Source of the DNA: Perkinsus chesapeaki ATCC PRA-425
Taxonomy: Eukaryota; Protista; Perkinsozoa
Length of the DNA: 43,028 nucleotides
Direction: 5' to 3'
NCBI GenBank assembly: GCA_013115145.1
Contig: JAAPAO010000285.1
Location: forward strand, 1 to 43,028
Shown: one piece after another, positions 21,727-33,131 of the stretch
Layout: each line of letters opens with the position of its first letter
How positions within the stretch are numbered: position 1 is the first letter of the stretch
Notes under the pieces: model-generated
Told to the model about the DNA's origin: nothing
The model's input: only the letters and a program-made list of their open reading frames with translations
The model's database searches: none
Program-made: the position numbers and the translations under genes

Positions 21727-24700
21727 TTACGCCGCTTCTATTTTGTCTCTATTCTGTAACATTATCTCGCTTCTCCTATACCGTCGGGCCACTCCAGCAG
21801 TAATGGTACCGCATGCCACAGAGAATGGCTCCTTTACTAATTCAACTTCACTAACCCGATACTTGTGCCCTTTTGGAAGGATGTCAGTCGACAACTCGTC
21901 CATCTCCCCTGAGGCAGGTGGCTCGTTTATGATGTATATTAAAAAAGCCTACTCATTATTCTGGCACGTAGCCAGTCAGACTCTAGAAGCTCATCGACAT
22001 GGAAAAGGATCTCAGCTTCGGCAGCCCACAGCTTTGCCGCTCGCACGCATGGGACCTGCGGGACTTAGATTATTGGATATTTCCCAGCGAGACCTTACAA
22101 TGAGAGCGATGATCGCCTCTGCCTTAGATGAGCCAAACGCTACACACTGATCGATGCCACTGCCTGGGGAAGGCGATGGGGAGATACGGACAAGTGAGGG
22201 AAGGATCACAATGAGTTTCATATGCATGCTCAATCCTGCTGGCTGATACCATCCTTCCATCCCCGACGTCGAGCTGCTCACATATTCGCTCATCAAACAA
22301 CTGATGTCATTGGTACTCTAGACCTATAGTAGCATGCCTACCTTAACTGCCCCAGCGGGGAGGACCTCGACTACATCACCAGTGTGGAACCATCCACCGG
22401 GATCTAAGGCATGACATGCTCAGACCCCCTTCAGATGCGAGGCGTACCGAAACGTTGTAGAGTCGCTTGAGGCCTTCGGAAGTAACCGGGGGAGACGCTA
22501 TTGCCTCGTACGCCTGAGACAAAGTAATGCACGGCGGGTGGAGAAAAGGAGGCAGTGTACATAGCTCCCCTCTAGGCCTGAGCTCACAGGTCTGAGCATC
22601 TACATGGGCTACTGAGCAGTCGCCAATGCTCGAACTATGGGATGCATCAACCTGATGATAGAGTTGACCGGCAGATGCTGTTTTATATTAGCTTACCAGC
22701 CTCATATCCAGACTGGCAATAGGTCCGCCGACAAGACCACAACGATAGTCTCTTGGACTGGTAAGGAGGGCTATACCTCCACACTCTGGCACAGTATGAC
22801 AGTTAACCACCGAGCATTGTAGAGCCGTCTATAAGAGATGGTAGGTCAGGTGCTGACAAAAGTTGGCAAGTACTTTTAAGAGGTGATGAAGTCCAATGGG
22901 TAGGGTCCGACCACCGCTGACAATCAGTCGAACTCGGCCTCCTAGAGCCGACCGATTGCCCTTCACAGATGAAGGTCCTAACACACCACTGCCGACCACA
23001 ACCATCACAGCAATGCACCTTCCACTCGAAATGGGCTCGCTGATCTCGACCGCAGCCGTCTCTGAAGTATCCAGGGAAATCGATTCTTCCTTGAAGTCGT
23101 GGAGAGAATGGTATCGGATAGGCGTTCTGATGACAGAAGGAGATGGTATGAGCCTTCACCGGCAGTGTACTCAGGTAGCCTGGCTCAGCCAGTACCACAG
23201 TAGGATGGAGCAATGATAGATCCGACTTCACCAATGTATCGCTCAACGCTCCGCCTGAGGGCAAGTAGGTATCAACTCCTCAGCGCGTGGAGCTACCTGG
23301 ATGGCAATTACTAACGAAACCAAGGCAGCTGCCGTGATACATCCCCAGGTAGATGATGGTCCTGTATAGTGGGTCAGTGATGGGTAAGGTAGAGGCGATA
23401 CCTTCACAGACAACAGTATCAACTAGGTGAGGAGCAGCAGGAGGAGAAGGCCTACAGTCCTGGGATCCAAGCTGTAGTGGTGGTGGGCTACCACCGCCCT
23501 CTCGATACTCTGATAGGGCTGCCAGTGTAGCTATACAATTGCTATGGGTAACCATCACTCCCATAGGGTCCCCTATCGAACCTAGGCAAGCCCTCCTGGT
23601 ACATACAGAGAGACAGACAGCAGGTACCGCCAGTGTACTGTAGTAGAGCTACATCTGATGGTGTTGTCGGATAGGGGGAGAACGGTCTGCCTTGGCCGAG
23701 GGCCATCACCTGAGCCACCTGTGCGATCCTGGGTTATACATAGGTCCCACGTAGGGTAACGTTAAAACCATTAGGTCCATCGCCTCGGCTTGGGCCAGGA
23801 AGGAGGGATCTATCTCTCGACGGTTATCAACATCAATGACCTGATAGAGCTATTGGCAGTAGTGACGGCAGGGGAACTCACCACTAGGCATTTAACATGG
23901 GCAGAGTTGCTGCATTTCAACGCCGCCTCTAGATGGTCACGAGTAACGAACAGCAATGGCATCCTGGTATCGGATATCATATAAGAGAGCTGAAGGTAGA
24001 AAGGAGGAGCTATTCAGTTGGTTATGGTACCATCGGGGAGGGTAAGTCCTCCTGAAGTGGCACAACTGTGATGCCTAGTATATGGCAGGCGAACTCAGTA
24101 AGGATCCAGTTGATGCAGCCGTGTCCATATATACCTGTGTAGGACAGCAAGCCATCAACACCAGGACAATGCGAGTTCGCCCTGGTATGCTATCATCGGC
24201 AGGAAACCGACCAAAGCAAATTGCGCTGTAATTTCTATTGGCTTGGCAGCCGTATCTCAAACTGTATATTCACTGCGGTGATCCGATTTCGATTTCTAGA
24301 CGAGGAAGACCAAAAAAGACTCCGGTGATGCGGATGGTGTACCAGCCATGCGAAAGAAGAGCCTGTAAGGTTCATCATCGAATGCAGCCTTCTGGCAGAC
24401 TCCAAGCTGCTGGATGCCACTTGCTAGTCGATTGGCTTGGGTATCTGCGGGAGATTTATTGGCGCGGTGACGATGAGGGGGGTACAGAAGTCTCGATAGC
24501 TCATGAACCAGTAGACGTCGCCGTGTCGCGCGCCAAGAAATGGTCTGTCGCCATGCAGCATACGGGAGAGCCTGCAAGATTGCCGCAATCCATCTTTCGG
24601 GATTGCCCAACTTACTCTAGAAGGGACGGTAAAGTGGTCATATCAGGGGACAGCATAGGGGTCGATACCAGAGAATCTAAGGTTCATGCTGGTTAGATAC

Positions 24701-24883
24701 AAAATAGGTCACCTTACTCTTGCAGACAACATTCCTATAGATGCTAGTAGATGCATCATCTGATGGCGGCAAGAGCGGTAGTGAGTACACCGGATCCGTA
24801 AATTGCCATGTAGCACCGCTGCCGTCCCCCTTATTAGGATCGCCATTCCCAGGCGGATAGGCGTCGCTGACACACAGACCCAT
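21727..24883 (-). CDS. Long-chain acyl-CoA synthetase (AMP-binding) homologue with degenerate catalytic motifs, multi-exon
   Basis: Collinear ACSL landmarks: SIYRN, DRPFLGAR..SYRDF, DVALLQYTGGSIGDPMGVMVTHSN, TLPITDPLYRT, DLSLLHPTVV, VEGY, PRGEL, GWFHTGDVVE, IDQCVAFG and KEPFSVACGTIT. The 3' end is uncertain. Confidence 0.8.
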
Positions 24884-25402
24884 CGACGGTAACTATGTTA
24901 ACGAATTAACGCTGACCAACCCAGAACCACCAGCCATTGAAACGATAATAAATTACGTGGCACGGTCTCGAGGAACAATATACAGATCTTCGTAGTCTGT
25001 GATGATCTCACTTGCACTGCCTAAGGAGACATCTATAACCAACTAAGGTGTGCCTTACGCTGCTCTATGATGCCGTTACAAACGGGGTACCCTGCCTTCC
25101 TGAGGAGCAGTATACCCTCGGGAGCCATACCGAAGGCCTCGGCTACGTACTTTATGCAAGCTGGGAAAGGCGTATGTTTAGGTATCGAAATAACCTGCTA
25201 ATAGTCTCGGTAGTAGTAGAAAATGAAACCGTCACACGCCACAAAATACCTTGAATCTTCGACGCTCATCAGATACGTCTATGAATCTAACCGTTACATC
25301 CCCCGACATCCCTATAAATCCTGACGCTAACACCAGCCCATGCGGTGACTTCAACGCAACAACTGTCTCCTACTACAAGTAATAATGATATCATGTCATC
25401 CA

Positions 25403-26128
25403 TTAGGATGCCTCAGACCCTATCAACTGCAGTATAGCAAAGGCAACACCTGCCTTAACTCCAATGTTACGTAACCGTCCCCGCTCCTCTGGTGTCATAA
25501 ACACACTAATAGTTCGGCTAACAGCACTGTCCTTTATAAGCTCCTCTAGTATCCCCTTCAGCACCTCATCTCCTTCCTCTATTGCCCCTCCTATAGCGTC
25601 CACTAAACAAAGCAGCAGCTCCGGGTCCACAGTATTGGCCTTGTCAGAGCTTTTCAGTCCTCTAACCACACCCTCCGCCCCAAGCTCCCGCAGCAACGCT
25701 GCCCTCTCCCTATCAGTTTTGGCCCTCCTTAAATTTCTCTCCAGATCCAGCGCCTTAACCCTCCCGCTTTCTACTGCCACTTTCGGCGTCCTCTGTGCCT
25801 CCTTACATCGCCCACTACTCTCCTTCCCGCTAAAAGCTCTGTTGTACGTCTGATGGCGAGCTGGCTTGCTGAACTCATTCCGACTGATTGGGTTTAGCCC
25901 ACAGGTTGCCACTATATCTTGGAACTCCTTATACGACCCACTGGTGTATATCGCTCGCTTCTTCGCCTCATCTACGGTCGTATGCTTCCAATCCGAGTAC
26001 TTACTCTTTTCTACCTGCACTGAACTTCCAACGGTGCTCGACAATCCTCCCTTTCCGACTACCTCCTTCTTCAGACTCCCAAACGACTTCGGATGCCCGT
26101 GTAGTTTCTCCTCCTTGATGATAGGCAT
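25403..26128 (-). CDS. CCDC103: CCDC103/DNAAF19-like dynein assembly factor, intronless, 241 aa
   Basis: WKHTTVDEAKKRAIYTSGSYKEFQDIVATCGLNPI resembles the dynein-attachment N domain (W..NxAKxRA...YEEF..V...L.P), followed by an RPAP3_C-like helical region. Confidence 0.7.
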   Translation of the reverse strand: MPIIKEEKLHGHPKSFGSLKKEVVGKGGLSSTVGSSVQVEKSKYSDWKHTTVDEAKKRAIYTSGSYKEFQDIVATCGLNPISRNEFSKPARHQTYNRAFSGKESSGRCKEAQRTPKVAVESGRVKALDLERNLRRAKTDRERAALLRELGAEGVVRGLKSSDKANTVDPELLLCLVDAIGGAIEEGDEVLKGILEELIKDSAVSRTISVFMTPEERGRLRNIGVKAGVAFAILQLIGSEAS

Positions 26129-26301
26129 TAAAATGTACTAAACAAGTCCCATGGAGTCATCAACGCAACAATAGAGAGCGGCGAAGAAAAAGAGGTTCAT
26201 CCAGCCACCAGCTATTATCAATAATGCTACTCAGAGGCAGCTTGGTCTTGATAGACTCTTCCAGCCTGGTGGCACCGCCGCCACACACTATTGGAAGTAA
26301 G

Positions 26302-26985
26302 CTACTGCCCACCAACAACCCCAGCAACCTCCTTCTGGGCAGTTACCTCATCCCAAAACACAATCATAGGATCACGCTTACAGAAGGACCGCACCTAAGG
26401 GGGTATTCATACGACGATCTGACGGAAAGTTGGTAGTACAGCCAAAGCGAGGTTATCGGTATCCTCGAACATCCGTCCATGGCAACCAGCCTTCACAGAT
26501 TCTGGCACCTTATCCTTACCACCGTACACCGCAGCCTTCAGGTCCTACTAGTAAGAATGAGACAACGCTTGGCGGGCGGAGGCTCCCACCTGAACCGTAG
26601 CTGTAGCCTGCTGGTACACTGGTTTCCCATTACTCCACGAACCGTACTCCTTACCCCAGATAGGCACCTAAATTGGTAGTTAATACGATGAATTGAGGGA
26701 AATATGGTATAATACCTTCTTGGTAGTATCAGGAGTAACGTTGCTATCAGCTACATACACCCTATATTTATACTGATGCTCGGCACGCCAGCGGACCCAG
26801 AAGAGCACAGCTAAACAAAAAACTAAGGCAGAGAAGGCCGGCCCAACCTCACCTGGATAGCCGAAGACCAGCACCCATTTCAGGTTACTCTGGGAGTACC
26901 AGAAGGTATCGTAAAGTCTGCCAAGCCGAAACTTGAAGCCGTCTCGAAGGAAGGAAAATGCGAAACGTTGGGAGGAGGTTGACAT
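26302..26985 (-). CDS. Myzozoan-specific cytochrome c oxidase subunit, ApiCox18-like, multi-exon
   Basis: Spliced product: MSTSSQRF..FKFRLGRLYDTFWYSQ..VFGYPAVLFWVRWRAE..VYVADSNVTPD..VQDLKAAVYG..GCHGRMFEDTDNLALAVRSFCKRDP. The exon chain is clean; the family name rests on recalled similarity. Confidence 0.55.
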
Positions 26986-27118
26986 GGAATGATCCGCAAA
27001 TACAGGGGGCTCCACAAAACTGCGTCGCGCGCCATGAAATTGCCCAGTGCACCACACAGACAGCCTTGGTAAAAGAAACAGACGTTGAAGGTTGACGGTG
27101 TCCCTCCTTACGAGCCCC

Positions 27119-28627
27119 TTATTTCTGGGCTCGCTTTTTCTTATTTTTCTTCGGCTTTTGAAAGGCAAATTCCTCCCGCATATCCGCTAACTCCTTAAAA
27201 GCTTCCAAGATCTCCGCCTCCTCACCAGAGTTCTTGCCGCATATCTTAGCTACCTCCTCTGGACTCTCGCTAGGGTCCTCAGCTAAATACAAGATCCTCG
27301 CAAAGTCATACTAGGACCCCTTACCTCCGGCCCTCTCCTCTATAACGCTGCCTTCTGACCCAACATCGTCATCATCATTATCAACAACCTCATCACCATC
27401 CTCCTCGTTTTCCTCCTTTACCGTTTCTTGCTCAGACTGCTGACGTCGCTTCTTCGGTGACTTGTGCTCAGATGCCTTAGGCTCAGCCGGCGTCTCCGTC
27501 TTCCGCTTAGTCTTATCAAATACACGTATCCGGTTAGCCTTCTTAACCTACCGAGCGGCATCACCTACACCCCATCCCTTGTCCACACTACCTCCTCTTC
27601 CCACTCATTCTTCTTTAATTTATATAACATTAGTGTGCATCTAGCATCCTCCACAGAGCTATGGGCTCCTGTCTGGATCTTACGATCCAAATGAATCTCG
27701 GTTAACCTGATAACATAGACAGTGAGCGTTAGATCTGTTAACATGCCAGACGTCATCACATACCCAATGCCTTCAAGCTACGACTGGACGGCACACTTCA
27801 ATACGCAGACAAAAAGATCGAGTGAAACGACAAAGTGCATAACGAAAAAGGCAACTCAAATCCAAAGGCAAAGGTCTTTTGTATATAAAGGTAGGTCTTA
27901 CTTTTTAAGGCTGGGCACCTTGGTAGTAAGGCCTTCAGGTCGTAGGCCAGGATACGTACTAGTGTCTCTAATCAATAGAGGATCTATCTTCCCTTCCAAC
28001 TCCAGTATCTAAACCACAGGCGTATCCAAAGGTGTAGTGGCGGCTAGGCTGACCTCGATATCGTGATGAATAGCATGGCCGACGACGACCTTCTGATTGA
28101 GAAGTATCTCAGCGGCTTGCTTTTTAACTTCATTTGCAGGCTGACCGAGTCTGTTAAGAGTGGCTTCATCAAGACCAGTCACTTGAGCTCTGTAGTCTGT
28201 GACCTTCTTAGTGGGCTTAACCAAAGCGTCCAGTAAGACCTGAAGGGATAGGGACTCTCTTGAAAAGTAGTATGCGGGCTTACTTTTCCGAAGTAGTTGA
28301 CAATGCTAGCACGAGCCAAGATGTTCTCCTTCCCATCTGGCCCAGCACCGACCATTTCACAGTCAATAGCAACCACGTCTTTACTAGAAGGGAAGCTACT
28401 TGAAGCGAGCAGCTGGCGAGGCCGCAAAGGAGCCTTGGCGACTTGAACCTATCACAGGAGGCGCCAGTTCAACCTAAAGATACGTTTGAGGTCGACAGAG
28501 GTACCTCGTATTGTTTCCGTTTAATTGGTTTTGTCTTGATATTTTGTCTGACCTTCTCCCAGGAGCTGGTGCTGCTATCAGCGTCACCGTCCTTCTTGCC
28601 ACGGTTACCACGGGGCTTGTAAGGCAT
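27119..28627 (-). CDS. REX4: RNA exonuclease 4 (DEDDh) with acidic/basic C-terminal tail, multi-exon
   Basis: Motifs VVAIDCEMVG, LARASIVN, VKPTKKVTDYR, VVGHAIHHD and PSLKKLTE..IQTGAHSSVEDAR. ATG at 28627, stop TAA at 27121-27119. Confidence 0.92.
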
Positions 28628-29571
28628 GGTAGGAAAAGAGGATTCGGGAACGGTGCCAGAGAGTGACCGTTGAGGAAATGCAAGATAGGCAAGTTGTTAC
28701 ACAGTCCGTGACAGGTAAGGTGTATTATAACACTTTTAGTCATGCGGGTATTGGACTCCTGTGAGCATGAACTACTAAATTGGGAGGTATTAGAGATACT
28801 CGAACAGGAACGGAGTAGTCTGGAGAAGGTACTACAGCGGGACGGTGATTGTATATAGAGGAAATGTTAGGATACCAACGTGCTAGCGACGTCACCTTCT
28901 AGCCCGGACAGCTCGGAAGGTGGCTCTCCAAGGGCTGAAGTGGTAGGGCCTGCGGAGGAGGATGAACCTAGCCATGATGAATTAAGAATGTAGCTTTACA
29001 GGGATCGGCGTTAGGTAGTAAGCGACCTCAGGGAGAATCTTTTCAAGAGGTTGGGCTCGTATCTTACCGACGATCTACAGACTGACAACCTCCGATTAGA
29101 CCGGATACCGAAGGTCATACCGTAACTTTCTATTCCTGCCTTATTTTCTATCATCAGGCTCTCGCCCTCCTTAATAGCCATGGTCTTCCTCAGCAATGTT
29201 CCTGTGAGCTCCTTAACAACTCAAGGCTCTGTGCTAATAGTGACGTCTACGTATATGCTGCTATTGAATCAGTCCCTAACGTTAGTGAGGAGGTAGGATA
29301 GGTATCCTCAGCTGCTGGAAGGTTCCCTACCTTAGACTCTGGAAGCTGCCAGGAACATTGTTAATTTCGTCCTGGGGTCTGACGACGTTAGTGAAGAGGA
29401 CATGGTAGGGCCGTTGGGGCTCTCTGTGGATGGGGACGAAACCCAACCTAAACGGCCCCGACGAACGTCTAATCGAAACGATCGTTAGAGCCTTAACGTT
29501 TCTGCAGCCCTTTGTTGAGTTCATGGGTATCTTGCATGCTGCTACCTAGATACCTAAATTGCCTGGATTCT

Positions 29572-31293
29572 ATGACTGACATTCTACCCCTAGATACTAC
29601 TACTAGCTTCGTCATTCCCTCTAAGCTTCACATCTCATCCACTACATTATTGCTTGGTTTCATATTATTATGGGCAGTGGCTGAGAGCATGGCATATCTC
29701 TGGTAGTATATTATTATTTTTGTCCATACCCATTTTTTATAAACTTTCTCATGGGTTACGTAACTAAACTCCTCCCTATGTGGGCTGCAGCTGAAGGCGG
29801 TTACTTCTTCTGGTACTCTTTTATATCATCCCTTCGTCACTGTGTAATAACCTTTCTACCCCCTCATATAGGTACAGACGGCGCCTAGCCATAAGGAATG
29901 CTACGCCAGCTATTGTTCCAGCTGTGTCACCAGAACAAAGAGATTTTGTATTTGATAATGTTGTGGAGCTGGGGAGATATTACCCAGATGGAGTGTGGCG
30001 GTTACTAAAGGGCTGGTAGTACTGGTGATAGGGAGGAGGAACTATTAGCGGTGGCATTATTATCAGGTTTTACCCTAGTATAGCGCAGCAGGATCTAAAG
30101 CAAGATAACCTTAATGAGATGCTAGCATGGGCCTTCTGCTATAAAGATACTAAGGTACCCTTCAGGGACGATGGATTATAGGAAATCGTATATCTATTGC
30201 TATGTTATTATCAACTACCTGAAGTAGATTTCGTATTAATTTATATTATTGGTACAGTCTCTAATGGCGGCATCATTGATCAGGATCTCCCCAAGTCTGA
30301 ATGGCAGTGGGTGGAAAAGGCTAAGAAGACGATTGCAGATGAGTACGGTTATAGTCCTAAACCTGGAAGAGCTGACGTATTGCATTGGGGCATCATACGG
30401 TTTCATACCGTATTCTTGTAATTTAGGTTAAAACCATTAGAAATACCCTTGATCCCATAGTATCTAATTATCACCCTTTATCCTTTTACTGTGGGGTCTA
30501 TCTAGCTAAAGCGTTTGGTGCCGCAGTTCTCCGTCTACGAGGCTATCATCACTATAACAGTGGCAGGGTAAAGTACTGGTACCGGTCACGTCCGTCCCTA
30601 GAAGAGTCTCTAGTGGACCAAGGCGAGAGCAACCAAGAGGCCTTTGTCTTCTTCCATGGTATTGGTATTGGTCTGGTCACGTACCTCAGTATGATATTCA
30701 AATTAACCCAGCCAACTCAGTTCCTATTTGAGATGCCATGGATATCTATGAATCCATTGGCACCAGTGGTACCTGATGATGAGTACGCTAAGGACGTTAA
30801 GGCGGCCCTTAAGGAACGTGGTGTTGCTGATACCCAAAGGCTGTGCCTTGCCGGCCATTCCTTTGGTAGCTTACCTATAGTGTGGGTAAAGCGTCATTGC
30901 CCAGAACTCTTCGATAGGAGCAGAGTAGTGCTGGTGGATCCGGTTTGCATCTATTTAAACCTTCCAGATGTCTGCCTTAACTTCCTTTATCGTAAGCCAC
31001 ATCGCCTCTTCATGCGGTTCCTACGTTACATAGCGTCTGAGGAGCTCGGCATAGCCTGCTCGCTCCATAGGGAGTTCTTTTGGATGCAGTCAGTGCTATT
31101 CCCCCAGGAGCTGCCACCGGACTCAACGGTCTTCCTGTCTGAGCATGACCACGTCGTACCGGTACATGACGTCTATACTGGATGCCAAAGAGCTGGTGTG
31201 GACACTAGACTGTTGAAGGGTATAGATCATGGTTGGTTCCTAGCTGTTCCAGAATATCTTAGAGAGGTAACTAAGGTACTCAATGCCCAGTAA
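29572..31293 (+). CDS. Membrane-anchored alpha/beta hydrolase, tandem paralogue A, with two candidate first exons (ATG 29572 or 29751)
   Basis: FFHGIGIG oxyanion region, nucleophile CLAGHSFGS, acid SEHDHVVP and His GIDHG. The exon layout parallels paralogue B. Confidence 0.8.
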
Positions 31294-31496
31294 TGAGGCT
31301 GCCCTAATAGGGGCCCCTGGTCAACCTGGGCATACTGTCATCATAAATTGTATCCAAAAGCACCATTCTGTATAATCGCTTTATTACCATAGTCGATATT
31401 ACTTTACCCTTCGTCGTATTAGTTCAAATTGTTTTGCATTCGCCGAGCCGATGTCCCATTTGTTGTGTTACCAAGTTGTCATCGAAGTCCGGCGCC

Positions 31497-33024
31497 ATGG
31501 TCAGGCTGTATGTGATGGATCGTCTACTTTCCTCTAGTCCGATAGGGATCATATCAGCCTCTATTATAGCTTGGGCATTTGCTGAGGGTTGCTTTTATAT
31601 ATGGTAACGAAACGGAAAGATACTTTTTAGCTCAACCAGCTCGCAGGTTTAGACGCCATTTATCGAAACAGACAAATACCCCAGCAGTAGTACCAGCTAT
31701 ACCCGACGGTCAGAGGGACTATATAGCGGAGAAGGTTGCGGAGATGCTAAAGCGTCATCCAGAAGGGCTCTGGCGTTTGCTGAAAGGATGGTATTCTAGT
31801 AGTCGTGCCACCGTACGATATCTGCGGCCTAGGTTCGAGCCGGGTGTCGACCAGGAGTCTCTTCGTGATGATAACATATCAGAGTTCTTAGCATGGGCGT
31901 TTTATTACAAGCATTTAGAGGTCAGTGGGCGAAGGCTGTGGTATCGACTGCTGCAGCAGCACTTGCTGGCTTCAGGCACTTGATGATTCTGAGCGGGAGT
32001 GGGTTGACCAACTTAAGACTCGTGTTGCTAAGGAGCATAGTTTTGATATAAAGCCAGGCAGAGGGGATGTAGGAGTGGTATAGAGAAGTCTAGCAGTAGC
32101 GACGGTGCTTAGGTTAAGGTCAACCGACAGACCTTGGATCCGGTTATGGCAGCTCACAGGCCTCTAGTCTTCTATCTGGCAGTTCGTGGCCTTAAGTTCC
32201 TAGGCTCTATAGGGATGCTGTTACTAGGCTACAGGCATTACCAAGAAGGAGAGGTTACATATTGGTACAAATGCAATAGTAATAGCGGGTCGGTGAAGGA
32301 GGACGAGGAGGTTCTTGTATTCTTCCACGGTTTGGGTATCGGCATCACAACCTATTTGCCGTTCCTGCCCAGTTTCAGAGCAGGGACGCATTTCTTGTTC
32401 GAGCTGCCGTGGGTGTCTATGGATCCATGGGCTAAGATAATACCGGCCGAAGAGTACGCTGTTGGGGTTGAGAAGGCCCTTGCTAAGCATGCTTCCTCCG
32501 ATGGTCATCATCACCAAAGACTTTGTCTGGCCGGTCACTCCTTTGGTACTTTCACGATAGCGTGGTTGAAGCACTACTGCCCTAAGGTCTATTCACAGTC
32601 CAGAGTGGTCCTAGTAGACCCAGTGAGTATCCATCTACAGCTGCCAGATGTATGCTCTAACTTCCTCTATAAAGCCCCAGAAAGGCCCTTTGCGAAGTTC
32701 CTAAGGTATATAGCCTCTCAAGAGGTAGGTATAGCTTGTTGCCTCTTCCGCAACTTCTTCTGGATGCAATGTGTCATGTTCCCCTGTGAATTGCCCGAAG
32801 GCTCTGTAGTGTTCCTATCCGAGAAGGACCACGTTGTGCCGGTTAAAGATGTCTATGCTGAATGCTATGCGAGAGGGGTTACTACTATTATTCTGGACGG
32901 TATAGACCATGGAAGCATCCTTATTCGTCGAGACTACATGAGGATGGTTGCCGATGCTATCAACTGTGGCTCCCAACACCTGCTCAAGAAGTGCGCTGAT
33001 CTGCGCTCCATCAATCCGAGCTAA
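31497..33024 (+). CDS. Membrane-anchored alpha/beta hydrolase, tandem paralogue B
   Basis: FFHGLGIG, CLAGHSFGT, SEKDHVVP and GIDHG. It shares long blocks with paralogue A (SRVVLVDPV, NFLY, LRYIAS). Confidence 0.82.
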
Positions 33025-33131
33025 TCGCTTCTGGTTTAGTTTCATCTTGGTCGTATCACATGATTCGAGTCCACCCCTCTTGTTGAGTTCGTATCCTCCT
33101 CAGCCACTTCCGCCGTGAGTTTTTGTAACGC

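Noticed and set aside
25464-26141. Plus-strand ORFs 25464-25853 and 25866-26141
   Set aside because: They are antisense shadows of the CCDC103-like gene with Ser/Leu-rich, non-protein-like composition.
28750-29530. Possible spliced minus-strand gene (ORFs 29011-29196 and 29327-29524)
   Set aside because: I could not build a phase-consistent exon chain or recognise a family. It is left unannotated but not excluded.
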